From contig JAWLBL010000042.1 in assembly GCA_041687695.1 (NCBI GenBank), positions 1-47,705 on the forward strand: DNA of 47,705 bases, given 5' to 3'. Of this stretch, positions 9,503 through 18,779 are shown piece by piece. The notes beneath the pieces are model-generated. The model saw only the letters and a list, made by a program, of their open reading frames with translations, was not told where the DNA came from and made no database searches. This DNA is from Myxococcota bacterium. Lineage in GTDB: Bacteria > Myxococcota_A > UBA9042 > PHBI01 > JAWLBL01. Position numbers and translations under genes: made by a program. The stretch's first letter is position 1, and every line of letters starts with the position of its first letter.

Positions 9503-9604
9503 CAGGGCCTTTCGGCGGCCTCCGACTTTTTCGACAGCCCCCGGGACTGCGCCTAACCTCGCGCCGGACCGACCCGCGTCGTCGCGGCGGTTCGGAGACG
9601 CACG

Positions 9605-12600
9605 ATGGCACATCCCCAAGCCCATGAAGGTGGCCGACTCGGCGGGACCAAGATGGTCTGCCCGGTCTGCAACGCGACCTACTCGCCGGACGTCCAGGTC
9701 TGCCCGGCCGACGGCTCGGGCGTCCTCGAGGTCCCGAACGCGCCGCTGCTGACCGGGACCACCCTGGACGGACGCTACCAGGTGGGCGGCGTCATCGGCT
9801 CGGGCGGCATGGGGACGGTGTATCGCGCCTGGCAGGCCTCGATGGAGCGCGAGGTCGCCATCAAGGTGCTGCACCCGCAGTACGCCCACGAGCCGCGCGC
9901 CGTGAAGCGCTTCTTCCGCGAGGCGCAGGCGGCCAGCCGCCTGGTGCACCCGAACATCGTGACGGTCTACGACTTCGGGCGCTCGCGCGAGGGGCAGCTG
10001 TACATGGTGATGGAGCTCGTGCAGGGCTGGACCCTGGGCGACCTCATCTACTACAAGGCGCCGCTCGAGCCGGCCCTGGTCGTCGCCATCGCGCTTCAGA
10101 TCGTCGACGCGCTGGAGGAGGCGCACAAGCGGCGCACGGTGCACCGGGATCTGAAGCCCGACAACGTCCAGTTGACCAAGGTCGGCGACCGGGTGCACGC
10201 CAAGGTGCTGGACTTCGGCATCGCGCGCGTGGTTCGCGAGCCGGACGCGGCGCTGGAGACCGCGCTGTCGACCGTCGACATCGCCGGCACGCCCGCCTAC
10301 ATGAGCCCCGAGCAGATCCTGGGCAAGGACCCCGATCCGCGGACGGACTTGTACTCGCTGGGGATCATCCTGTTCGAGATGCTGACCGGCGAGCGGCCCT
10401 TCGTGGACGAGAGCTCGGTCAGCCTGTGCATGAAGCAGATCAACGAGCCGCCGCCGCGGTTGAGCGAGCGGGTCGACGAGGCGACGCTGCCGGAGGCGCT
10501 CGAGCAGCTGGTCTATCAGCTGCTGGCCAAGGACACCGCGCATCGCCCGGCCAGCGCGGCCGTGGTGCGCAAGCAGCTGCTGGCGATCCCCGGGGCGCGG
10601 ACCCCGGTGGACACCTCGGGGCTGGGGTTCGACACGGACGCCGGCTGCATCGCGTCGGTGCCGACGCGGCTGGACGCCGGGGCGATGGCCGGGCTGCCGA
10701 CGCTGGAGGGGCCGCAAGCGCTGGAGGGGCCGCAGGCGCTGGAGGGGCCGCAGGCGCTGGAGGGGCCGCAGGGGCCGGGCGCGGGGCTCGCGGAGACGGC
10801 GGCCGAGGGCGGCTCGCAGGCGGCGCGGCTGGGCGAGGTGATCCAGCGGGCGAAGCTGGCCATCCCCGAGCCGCGGGCGCTGCGGGGCGAGGCGCGGCGG
10901 GCGTGCCCGACCTGCGGGGACGAGGCGGCGCTGGACGCGCGCGGGTGCCGGCGTTGCGGCGCGGTGGTCGAGCCGGCGGGCGCGCCGTGGGCCCGCGCGG
11001 GCGGGCTGGGGCCGGCGGACGTGGCGCCCGAGGGGCCCGAGCGGGTGGCGCGCGCGAGCCGCGGGCGGCGCGGCATCGGGGCGGTGGCCTATCTGGTGTC
11101 GCACGATCCGCAGGCGCTGCGGGCCGAGCCGATGGCGCGGTGGCTGGCGGGGCGCGAGGCGGCCGGCTGGGGCGTCGCGCGGCACCCGCTGGGGGTCGTG
11201 GTCAAGGCGCCGGTGGGCGACCGGGTGGCCGCGAGCGGGGCCCTGGGGGCGGCGCAGCAGCTGCTGGAGGTCGTCGGAGAGCTGCTGGCGGGCGCGGGGG
11301 CGAGCGTCGGGACGCCGGCGATGCTGCGGGCGGGGGCCTGCGCGGTCGGGAGCGACGACGAGGCCGGGGCGCTGGACGTGGCGCGGCGGCTGGCGGCGGT
11401 GTCGCCGCGCGGGGCGATCGCGGTGCCGAGCGCGCTGGCGACCCAGCTGGGGCTGCGGGCGCGGCCGCTGAGCGGCATCACGCTGCCGAGCGGGCGCCTG
11501 CTGGACGCGGCGGCGCTGGGCGGCGCGCTGCGCGACGAGGCGCTGGAGTTCGAGGACAACCTGTTCGGCCGGGCGACGGCGATGCGGCGGCTGATGCAGC
11601 TGGCCGAGGAGGCGCACCGCGACGGGCCGGTGCGCATCCTGATGACCGGGCCGCGGGGCAGCGGCCGGACGTCGATGGCCAAGGCGTTCGCGGCCGAGGC
11701 GGACCACCTGTTCATCCGGGTCTCGCCGGTGGCGTCGGCCTGGCCGGGGCACACCGCGGCGCGGCTGGTGCGGCACGCGCTGGGCGTCGGGGATCTCGAG
11801 GGCGAGGAGGCGGTGCTGGCGCAGCTGGAGACGCTGCCGCCGCGCGATCGGGACGTGCTGGCGCTGCTGGCGCTGGACCGGGCGCCCGCCGAGAGCGCGT
11901 CGGCGCGGGAGATCGCGACCGCGATGGCGGATCTCCTGGAGCGGCGGGCCGGGGCGCGGCCGTTCCTGGTGGTGTTGGACGACGCGCACCTGATGGACCC
12001 GGCGAGCGCGTTGCTGGTCGAGCTGACCGTGCAGTGCGCGCCGACGCGGCCGTGGGTGTTCCTGGCGACGAGCAGCGCCGAGCGGGTGGTTGGCGCGGGC
12101 TCGGGCGCGGGCGCGGGCGGGAGCGGGCTGTTCGAGGATCCGCGGGTGCCGCGGGTGGAGCTGCGGGCGCTGGGGCTGCGGGCGGCGACGTCGCTGCTGG
12201 AGTCGCTGGGCGTGCTGCCGCATCGGCGCAGCGGGCTCTTGCAGGCCGGGCAGGGCAACCCGCTGGCGCTGCAGCTGTTGGCGCAGCTGCCGGCGGACGC
12301 GCCGCTGCCGCCGACGGCCGGGGTGCTGACGACGCTCTTGCCCGAGGCGCTGCGGCGGCTGCCGGGCAAAGACGCCGAGGAGGCGTGGCTGGTCGCGGTG
12401 CACGGCGGGCCCGAGGACGACCGGCGGGCGGTGCAGGCGGCGCGGCTCTATCTGGAGTTGGGGCTGCCGGGAGAGCTGGCCAAGTGGCTGGGCAAGCGGC
12501 TGCGCAACGGGGGCGGGATGTTCGCGCGGCTGGCGGCGGCGTGGCAGCCGCCGACGCGGGCGCACCTGGGGTGGCGGGCCGAGCGGTTCGAGCGGCTGGG

Positions 12601-13756
12601 GCTGTGGCGGCTGGCGGACGTGGAGTACGCGGCGGCGGCGCAGCTGGCCGGGGCGGCCGAGGGGACCTGGGAGCGGCTGCAGAGCGCGCGGATGAAGGCG
12701 CGGGCGGGGGAGATCCCGCAGGCGCTGGCGCTGTTCGACGCGTGCCTGCGCGGCGACGCGGACAGGAACCACCCGGACGCGCTGCTGCGCTTCGCGACGG
12801 TGCTGCTGGAGGCCGGCGAGAACGCGCGGGCCGAGGCGGTGCTGCGGCGGACGCGGGACGCGGTGAGCTACGGGGCGCGGCCGGATCTGCAGGGCGAGCT
12901 GTGCGCGCTGCTGGCGCGGTGCGCGGTGCGGCGGTCGAGCGCGGACGAGGCGATGACGCTGCTGGCGCGGGCGCGGGACGTGGTCGAGATCCTGAGGCCG
13001 GTCGAGGCGAGGACTGCGCGGGCGCTGGAGACCCTGGTGCAGGAGGTGCGGGCCGAGGTGGCGCTGGCCACCGGGGACGCGGACGGGGCGCGGACGAACC
13101 TGCGGCAGGCGTGCGACGCGTTCCGGGACCTGGGGCGGCCGACGGACGCCATCCGGCTGCTGGTCGAGCTGGGGCGGGTCGAGCTGGACTGCGAGGACCC
13201 GACGCGGGCGGGCGACACGTTCCGGGCGGCGGCGCGGCTGGCGGCGGCGGCGGGGCTGCGAGGGGTGCTGCGGCGGGCGCGGATCGGCCTGGGCGACGCG
13301 CTGGTGGCGCTGGGCGAGGTCGAGGAGGGGACGCGGCTGCTGCGGCACGCGCTGCGCGAGGCGGCCGAGGACGACGCGGACGGGCGGGGCCTGGTCGAGG
13401 CGGCCATCGGGATGGCGCGGGCGATGGCGGCGCGCGGGCTGGAGGCGGACGCGCTGCGTTACGCCGAGCGGGCGCGGACGGCGGCGCGCGGGGACGCGCA
13501 GCGGGCGCGGGCGCAGCTGGCGTTGGCGCAGGTGGTCTGGCAGGCCGGGGCGGCCGGGGCGGCCGGCGCGGGCGGGCCGGGCGGCGGCAAGCGGCAGGCG
13601 GCGCGGATGCTGGCCGAGGTGGTCGAGCTGACGCAGCGGGCCGGCGACGGGCTGGGCCACGCGCGGGCGCGGCAGCTGCTGGACGCGGTGCGGCTCGAGG
13701 CGCGGTCGAACACGTCGCGCGAGCTGGGCTTCGTCATGCACCAGGCGGGGCGCTGA
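9605..13756 (+). CDS. Ser/Thr protein kinase fused to zinc ribbons, a degenerate cyclase-like region, an AAA/STAND-like NTPase and TPR-like helices (start may be ATG 9653)
   Basis: GSGGMGTVY, VAIK, HRDLKPDN, DFG, and GTPAYMSPE; CPVC/CPAD and CPTC/CRRC; LFGR..., GPRGSGRT, and VVLDDAH; Ala/Arg-rich helical C-terminus. Confidence 0.85.
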   Translation: MAHPQAHEGGRLGGTKMVCPVCNATYSPDVQVCPADGSGVLEVPNAPLLTGTTLDGRYQVGGVIGSGGMGTVYRAWQASMEREVAIKVLHPQYAHEPRAVKRFFREAQAASRLVHPNIVTVYDFGRSREGQLYMVMELVQGWTLGDLIYYKAPLEPALVVAIALQIVDALEEAHKRRTVHRDLKPDNVQLTKVGDRVHAKVLDFGIARVVREPDAALETALSTVDIAGTPAYMSPEQILGKDPDPRTDLYSLGIILFEMLTGERPFVDESSVSLCMKQINEPPPRLSERVDEATLPEALEQLVYQLLAKDTAHRPASAAVVRKQLLAIPGARTPVDTSGLGFDTDAGCIASVPTRLDAGAMAGLPTLEGPQALEGPQALEGPQALEGPQGPGAGLAETAAEGGSQAARLGEVIQRAKLAIPEPRALRGEARRACPTCGDEAALDARGCRRCGAVVEPAGAPWARAGGLGPADVAPEGPERVARASRGRRGIGAVAYLVSHDPQALRAEPMARWLAGREAAGWGVARHPLGVVVKAPVGDRVAASGALGAAQQLLEVVGELLAGAGASVGTPAMLRAGACAVGSDDEAGALDVARRLAAVSPRGAIAVPSALATQLGLRARPLSGITLPSGRLLDAAALGGALRDEALEFEDNLFGRATAMRRLMQLAEEAHRDGPVRILMTGPRGSGRTSMAKAFAAEADHLFIRVSPVASAWPGHTAARLVRHALGVGDLEGEEAVLAQLETLPPRDRDVLALLALDRAPAESASAREIATAMADLLERRAGARPFLVVLDDAHLMDPASALLVELTVQCAPTRPWVFLATSSAERVVGAGSGAGAGGSGLFEDPRVPRVELRALGLRAATSLLESLGVLPHRRSGLLQAGQGNPLALQLLAQLPADAPLPPTAGVLTTLLPEALRRLPGKDAEEAWLVAVHGGPEDDRRAVQAARLYLELGLPGELAKWLGKRLRNGGGMFARLAAAWQPPTRAHLGWRAERFERLGLWRLADVEYAAAAQLAGAAEGTWERLQSARMKARAGEIPQALALFDACLRGDADRNHPDALLRFATVLLEAGENARAEAVLRRTRDAVSYGARPDLQGELCALLARCAVRRSSADEAMTLLARARDVVEILRPVEARTARALETLVQEVRAEVALATGDADGARTNLRQACDAFRDLGRPTDAIRLLVELGRVELDCEDPTRAGDTFRAAARLAAAAGLRGVLRRARIGLGDALVALGEVEEGTRLLRHALREAAEDDADGRGLVEAAIGMARAMAARGLEADALRYAERARTAARGDAQRARAQLALAQVVWQAGAAGAAGAGGPGGGKRQAARMLAEVVELTQRAGDGLGHARARQLLDAVRLEARSNTSRELGFVMHQAGR
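10702..10772 (+). repeat. 18-bp in-frame tandem repeat x4 (LEGPQA)
   Basis: GCTGGAGGGGCCGCA(A/G)GC is repeated four times inside the kinase linker. Confidence 0.9.
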
Positions 13757-13772
13757 CGGCCGCTGGCGCCTT

Positions 13773-14047
13773 GGGGGGGGCGGACCCCCTCCCAGGGCGT
13801 CCAGGGGACGGTTCGCGAGGGGGTCGGCCCCCTCTGAAGGCGTTCAGGGGACGGTTCGCGAGGGGGTCGGACCCCTCTGAAGGCGTCCAGGGGACGGTTC
13901 GCGAGGGGGTCGGACCCCGTCTGGAGGTGTCCAGGGGACGGTTCGCGAGGGGGTCGGACCCCCTCTGGAGGTGTCCAGAGGACGGTTCGCGAGGGGGTCG
14001 GACCCCCTCTGGAGGCGTCCAGGGGACGGTTCGCGAGGGGGTCGGAC
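13773..14047. repeat. Intergenic tandem array of about six 43-44-bp units, each with a hairpin
   Basis: Unit GTCCAGGGGACGGTTCGCGAGGGGGTCGGACCCCCTCTGGAGG(C/T), with stem GAGGGGGT-CGG-ACCCCCTC; lies between convergent stop codons. Confidence 0.9.
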
Positions 14048-14055
14048 GCGCGCGC

Positions 14056-14499
14056 TCAGCCGAGCCGGAAGATCGAGAGGTTGCGCGGCTGGGCGGGCTC
14101 GAAGAGGTCGGCCAGGGTGAGGTGGCGGACCTGGGCCATGATGGTGTCCTGAAGGCGCTGCAGGGGGCCGCGGATGTCGCAGTGGACCTGCTGCTGGCAC
14201 GAGCAGGGCGCGGCGGCGGTGCAGTCGACCAGGGCCGTCTGCTCGTTGAAGAGCTCGAGCACCTGGGTGAAGGCGACCTCGGACAGCGGCACATCGAGCC
14301 GGTAGCCGCCGGCGGAGCCCTGGGTCGAGGCCAGGACGCCGCCACGCTTGAGGGTCTGCAGGACCTTGGCGAGCAGCATCTCGGGGATGTCGTAGCGGGC
14401 GGCGATCTCCTTGGCGCTGACCGTCTCGCCCGCGGCCTGCTGGCTTACGTGTCGCAGCGCGAGCAGCGCGTACTCGGTCTTCTTGTTGAGCTTGAACAC
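14056..14499 (-). CDS. Rrf2-family transcriptional regulator with Cys cluster (IscR-like)
   Basis: GTG start after a GGAGGT RBS; KTEYALLAL, EIA.RYDIP...LAKVLQ.L...G...S.QG..GGY; C-terminal DCTAAAPCSCQQQVHC. Confidence 0.85.
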   Translation of the reverse strand: MFKLNKKTEYALLALRHVSQQAAGETVSAKEIAARYDIPEMLLAKVLQTLKRGGVLASTQGSAGGYRLDVPLSEVAFTQVLELFNEQTALVDCTAAAPCSCQQQVHCDIRGPLQRLQDTIMAQVRHLTLADLFEPAQPRNLSIFRLG

Positions 14500-14615
14500 C
14501 GGGAGACCTCCGCCGCACGCCGCGCGAGGCGCGAGAGGGGGCAAGCTAACGCCCGGGGGGGCGGCAGGCAAGCGCGGGCTTCCCGGCGCCCCCGCGGGCG
14601 TGCTAGAGGCAGCGC

Positions 14616-15362
14616 ATGGACACGCACTGGCCCGTCGAGCCCTGTCACCCCGCGTTGCCGCCGGCCTTGTGGGAGGCTCTGCGCCCCGCCGTGACGCGGG
14701 CGGGGCGGCGCGTGGCCGTGTTCGACGCCGACGGGACGCTGTGGTCGGGCGACGTGGGCGAGGCGCACCTGGACTGGCTGGACCGGCACGGCGTCGTGGC
14801 GCCGCCGGCGCCGCACGGGTCGCTCCGCGAGGCCTACGACGCGCTGTGCGCGCGCGACGCGTCGGCCGGGTACGCCTGGGCGTGCGAGGTGATGGCCGGG
14901 CTGGACGAGGCGCGGGTGGTCGAGACGGCCCGGGGCTGCTGGCAGGGGCACCGCGAGCGGATCTTCGCGCCGATGCGGGCGCTGGTCGCGGCGCTGGCAG
15001 CGGCGGGGGTCGAGGTCTGGGTGGTGAGCGCCAGCCATCGCTGGATCGTGGCGGCCGGGGCGGCCGAGCTGGGCGTGGCGGCCGAGCGGGTGGTCGCGGT
15101 GTCGGTGCCGGTCGCGCAGGGGCGGCTGGGGGCGCCGGTCGAGCAGCCTATGCCCAACGGGCCCGGCAAGGTGGCGGCCATCGCGGCGCGTGTCGGGGCG
15201 CGGCCGGTGCTGGGGGCGGGAAACAGCCTGCACGACGCCCCGATGATCGACACCGCCGAGGTGGGGCTGCTGGTCGCGACGCCCGGCAGCGGGTACCTGA
15301 CGCCCGCGCTGCGCGAGCGGGCCGAGCGGGGCGGCTGGTTCACGCTGGCGCTCGAGCCATGA
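14616..15362 (+). CDS. HAD-superfamily hydrolase (HAD-IB/phosphoserine-phosphatase-like)
   Basis: Motif I FDADGTLW, motif II VSAS, motif III Lys (GPGK), and motif IV GAGNSLHD. Confidence 0.8.
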   Translation: MDTHWPVEPCHPALPPALWEALRPAVTRAGRRVAVFDADGTLWSGDVGEAHLDWLDRHGVVAPPAPHGSLREAYDALCARDASAGYAWACEVMAGLDEARVVETARGCWQGHRERIFAPMRALVAALAAAGVEVWVVSASHRWIVAAGAAELGVAAERVVAVSVPVAQGRLGAPVEQPMPNGPGKVAAIAARVGARPVLGAGNSLHDAPMIDTAEVGLLVATPGSGYLTPALRERAERGGWFTLALEP

Positions 15363-15586
15363 CCACGCGGGCCCTGGTCGCCTGGGTGGTGGCCGTCGCG
15401 TTGGGCGTGTTCGTCATCGGCCGGGTCGTGCGCCTTCGCCGCGCGCGCGCCGCGCTGGCCGAGGCCGAGGTCCAATTGGCGAGGGCGCGGCAGGCGGGCG
15501 ACGCGGCGGGCGAGGTCGTCGCGGCGCAGCGGGTCGAGGATCGCGCGATGACGGTGCGGCGCCTGAGCCCCTTCCGACGCGCTTGA
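15359..15586 (+). CDS. Small single-pass membrane protein (75 aa)
   Basis: ATGA overlap with the HAD stop; N-terminal TM segment followed by an Ala/Arg helical tail. Confidence 0.55.
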   Translation: MTTRALVAWVVAVALGVFVIGRVVRLRRARAALAEAEVQLARARQAGDAAGEVVAAQRVEDRAMTVRRLSPFRRA

Positions 15587-15613
15587 GGCGGGCCGGAGGG
15601 CGCCTCGGGCGAC

Positions 15614-16180
15614 CTACTGGCCGGCGGGCGGGGGGGCGCCGTGCTCGTACACGCGCAGGCGCGACCAGAGCGCGCCCAGACACCAGAGCAGGGCGTCCTC
15701 GAGCTCGGCGCGGGTGACGCCGGCGCGCAGCAGCAGGCCCGAGAAGTCACCGTCGAAGCCGACGTGGTTGGCCAGCGGGAACAGCACGCGCCGGACCGCC
15801 TCGGGCATCCGGCGATCGGTCGCGCCGAGCAGATCGAACAGCAGGTTCAGGCCGTCGAGCAGCGCGCGGTCGCGGTCGCGGTCGGAGGTGCGGACCAGCG
15901 CGAGCATCTCGGCGATGTCGCAGACCACGTCGGGCGCCAGGAGCCTGGCGTGCCGTGGGGCGTGGGCCGAGCAGCGGCAGGTGGCCGCCGCCGCGTCCGC
16001 CAGGGTCGGGCACCGGAAGAACAGCAGGAAGCCGTCATCGAGCCGGAGCGGCTCGTGATCGGTCTCGTCGCCCTGCCAGGTGAGCGTGTACAGGTCCGCG
16101 TCTTCCCGTCCGGGGTCGACCCGAAGCGCGACGAGCCGCGTGGAGGCTCCTGATTCGCGCCTGTCGAAGAACCGGTCCAT
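15614..16180 (-). CDS. Hypothetical protein (188 aa)
   Basis: Globular composition and GC3-biased codons; ATG at 16180; no family recognised. Confidence 0.65.
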   Translation of the reverse strand: MDRFFDRRESGASTRLVALRVDPGREDADLYTLTWQGDETDHEPLRLDDGFLLFFRCPTLADAAAATCRCSAHAPRHARLLAPDVVCDIAEMLALVRTSDRDRDRALLDGLNLLFDLLGATDRRMPEAVRRVLFPLANHVGFDGDFSGLLLRAGVTRAELEDALLWCLGALWSRLRVYEHGAPPPAGQ

Positions 16181-16424
16181 CTCGCCATGACTCCTGCACG
16201 CGCCGACCATCGGCCTGGCGCCGGGGCACCTCGGGGGGGAATTTGTCCAACCTCGCGTGTCCTTGCAACTTCGGGTCCGCCATCGAGACACGAGCGAGCC
16301 TCATGTGGCTCGCGACCAGGGGCGGACGGCCGGCGGGCAGGCCTTCCCCCGGATGACCGCTCGGAAGTGGACAAGGCTCGATAACGATGGACGATCGGGC
16401 CGCCGCGTCGAAAGGAAGGTGGGC

Positions 16425-17489
16425 GTGAAGGTCGGAATCTTCGGGGTGGGTCTGCTCGGCGGCTCCGTAGCCCTCGGGCTGCGGGGGCGGCTCCTGGCGC
16501 GCGAGATCCACGCCTACGATCCCGCGCCGCTGGCGCTCGAGGCCGCGCAGGCGCTGGGCGTGGCGGACGTGGTGCATCCGTCCCTGGGGCCCTGGATCGG
16601 CGAGCTGGACGTGGCGGTCCTGGCCGCGCCGACCGGTGCGCTGCCGGCCCTGGGCCAGGCCGTCGCCGCCTTCGCCGGCCCGCGGACCCTGTGGATCGAC
16701 GTGGGCAGCGTCAAGGCGCCCGTCGTGGACGCCCTCGAGGCCGCCCTGCCGCGCTTCGTGGGCACCCACCCCATGGCCGGCAGCGAGCGCGCGGGCGTCG
16801 AGCACGCCACCGCCGGCCTGCTCGAGAACGCGGTCTGGGTGCTGACCCCCACCGACCGCACGCCGCCCGACGCGCTCGACCGCGCGACGGCGCTGGTCAC
16901 CGAGCTGGGCGCCTACCCGCTGCGCCTCGATCCGGCCCTGCACGACGCCCTGGTCGCCCGCGTCTCCCACGTCCCCTACCTGCTGGCGGTCGCGCTGAAC
17001 CTGCTGGTCGCCCGCGATCCGCACCGCGATCACCTGATGTTCCTGGCCGCCGGGGGCTTCCGCGACCTGACCCGCGTCGCCTCGGGCGCGCCCACCATGA
17101 GCCGCGACATGGTCGTCCACAACCGCGCCGCCGTCCGGCAGGCCCTGGGCGACCTGCGCGCGCTGCTGGGCGAGCTCGAGGCGCGCCTGTCCGACCCCGA
17201 GGCCCTGCTCGCCCTCGCCGAGGACGCCAAGGCGACCCGCGACGCCCTGCCGGTCGTGCGCCGCGCCCTGCTGCCCCGCCTGTACGACGTCGTGCTTGCC
17301 GTCCCCGATCGCCCCGGCGAGCTGGCCCGCCTGACCGGCGCCCTGGCCGAGGCCCGCGTGAACATCCGCGACATCGAGGTCTTGACGATTCGCGACGGCC
17401 GCGAGTCCATCCGCATCGGCTTCTCCTCGGGCGAAGACCGCGACGCCGGCCGGCGCGCGCTCGCGGACGCCGGCTACCTGGTACGGTGA
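16425..17489 (+). CDS. tyrA: Prephenate/arogenate dehydrogenase with C-terminal ACT domain
   Basis: GVGLLGGS Rossmann motif, DVGSVK, HPMAGSE, HD..VA.VSHVP, and GFRDLTRVA; ACT motif VPDRPGEL. Confidence 0.92.
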   Translation: MKVGIFGVGLLGGSVALGLRGRLLAREIHAYDPAPLALEAAQALGVADVVHPSLGPWIGELDVAVLAAPTGALPALGQAVAAFAGPRTLWIDVGSVKAPVVDALEAALPRFVGTHPMAGSERAGVEHATAGLLENAVWVLTPTDRTPPDALDRATALVTELGAYPLRLDPALHDALVARVSHVPYLLAVALNLLVARDPHRDHLMFLAAGGFRDLTRVASGAPTMSRDMVVHNRAAVRQALGDLRALLGELEARLSDPEALLALAEDAKATRDALPVVRRALLPRLYDVVLAVPDRPGELARLTGALAEARVNIRDIEVLTIRDGRESIRIGFSSGEDRDAGRRALADAGYLVR

Positions 17490-17493
17490 CCCC

Positions 17494-18774
17494 ATGACCC
17501 AGACCCGCGGCCTGCGTGGCGCGACCACCATCGACGCCGACACGACCCACGACATCCTGACGGCCACGCAGGAGCTGCTCGAGGTGATGGCCGAGCTCAA
17601 CGGCTTTTCGCCCGACGACCTCGCCAGCATCTTCTTCACGGTCACCCCGGACGTCACGGCCACCTTCCCGGCCCGCGCCGCGCGGCAGCTGGGGTGGTCG
17701 CAGGTGCCGATGATGTGCGGCCGCGAGATGACGAGCCCCGGCGGCCTGCAGCGCTGCATCCGCGTGCTGGTCCACTGGAACACCGACAAGACGCCCAGCG
17801 AGGTGCGCCACGTCTACCTGCGCGGCGCGCGCCACCTGCGCCCCGACTGGGCCGGCGAGCTCGCCCCCGGCGCCGACGAGGCCACTCTGCCGCGGACCGC
17901 CGTCGTCGCCGACGCCCCGCCCGAGCCGGCGCTGCCCCCGGCCGTCGGCGACGTCGCCCCGGTGGCCTTCCAGGGCGAGCCGGGCGCCTACTCGCAAGAG
18001 GCGATCTACCGCTTCCTGGGCGCCGACACGCCCTCGGTCCCCAGCCCCACCTTCGCCGACGCCTTCGACGCCGTCGCCCAGGGCCGCGCCCAGGCCGCCC
18101 TGATGCCGGTCGAGAACTCGACCACGGGCTCCATCTACCCGGTCTACGACCTGATGCTGGCCCACGACCTGACCGTGCAGGCCGAGGTCATCTTCCGCGT
18201 GCGCCACGTCCTGATGGCCCCGGCCGGCACCGCCCTGGCCGACGTGCGCGAGGTCTGGTCGCACCCGCAGGCGCTCGAGCAGTGCGCCCGCTGGATCGCC
18301 TCGCACGGCTGGTCGCCGCAGCCCGTGCACGACACCGCCGGCGCCGCCCGCCAGCTGGCCGACGCCCCGCGCCCCGGCGTCGCCGCCATCGCCAGCGAGG
18401 TCGCGGCCGCCCGCTACGGCCTCACCGTCCTGGCCCGCGACATCCAGGACGTCGCCGCCAACTACACGCGCTTCGTCCTGCTGACCCCGCGCCCGCTGCC
18501 CGCCCTGGCGCCCACCAAGACCTCGATCCTGTTCGCGACGCGCCACGTCGCCGGCGACCTCTACTCCGTCCTGGCCCAGTTCGCCGTCCGCGAGATCAAC
18601 CTGACGCGCATCGCCTCGCGCCCCGACCGCAAGACCCCCTGGAACTACATCTTCTACCTGGACCTCGAGGGACCCGCCGCGTCGCCGCGCGTGCAGGAGG
18701 CGCTGGCCGCCATCGGCCCGCACGTCACCTTCCTGCGCGTGCTGGGTTCGTTCCCGTCCTTCACCCTGGAGTAG
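17494..18774 (+). CDS. pheA: AroH-type chorismate mutase fused to prephenate dehydratase-ACT
   Basis: N-terminal RGLRGATT, SIFFTVTPD..ATFPA, RCIRVL, and HVYLRGA..LRPD (AroH); then AFQGEPGAYS, PVENS, SHPQALEQC, NYTRF, and NLTRIASRP (PDT-ACT). Confidence 0.9.
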   Translation: MTQTRGLRGATTIDADTTHDILTATQELLEVMAELNGFSPDDLASIFFTVTPDVTATFPARAARQLGWSQVPMMCGREMTSPGGLQRCIRVLVHWNTDKTPSEVRHVYLRGARHLRPDWAGELAPGADEATLPRTAVVADAPPEPALPPAVGDVAPVAFQGEPGAYSQEAIYRFLGADTPSVPSPTFADAFDAVAQGRAQAALMPVENSTTGSIYPVYDLMLAHDLTVQAEVIFRVRHVLMAPAGTALADVREVWSHPQALEQCARWIASHGWSPQPVHDTAGAARQLADAPRPGVAAIASEVAAARYGLTVLARDIQDVAANYTRFVLLTPRPLPALAPTKTSILFATRHVAGDLYSVLAQFAVREINLTRIASRPDRKTPWNYIFYLDLEGPAASPRVQEALAAIGPHVTFLRVLGSFPSFTLE

Positions 18775-18779
18775 CCCGC

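Noticed and set aside
7592..13741. 2049-aa minus-strand ORF and 10426..14694 + ORF
   Set aside because: Arg/Pro- or Gly/Ala-rich shadows of the ThrE and kinase genes.
13773..14047. CRISPR array
   Set aside because: The units are contiguous with no unique spacers, and there are no cas genes.
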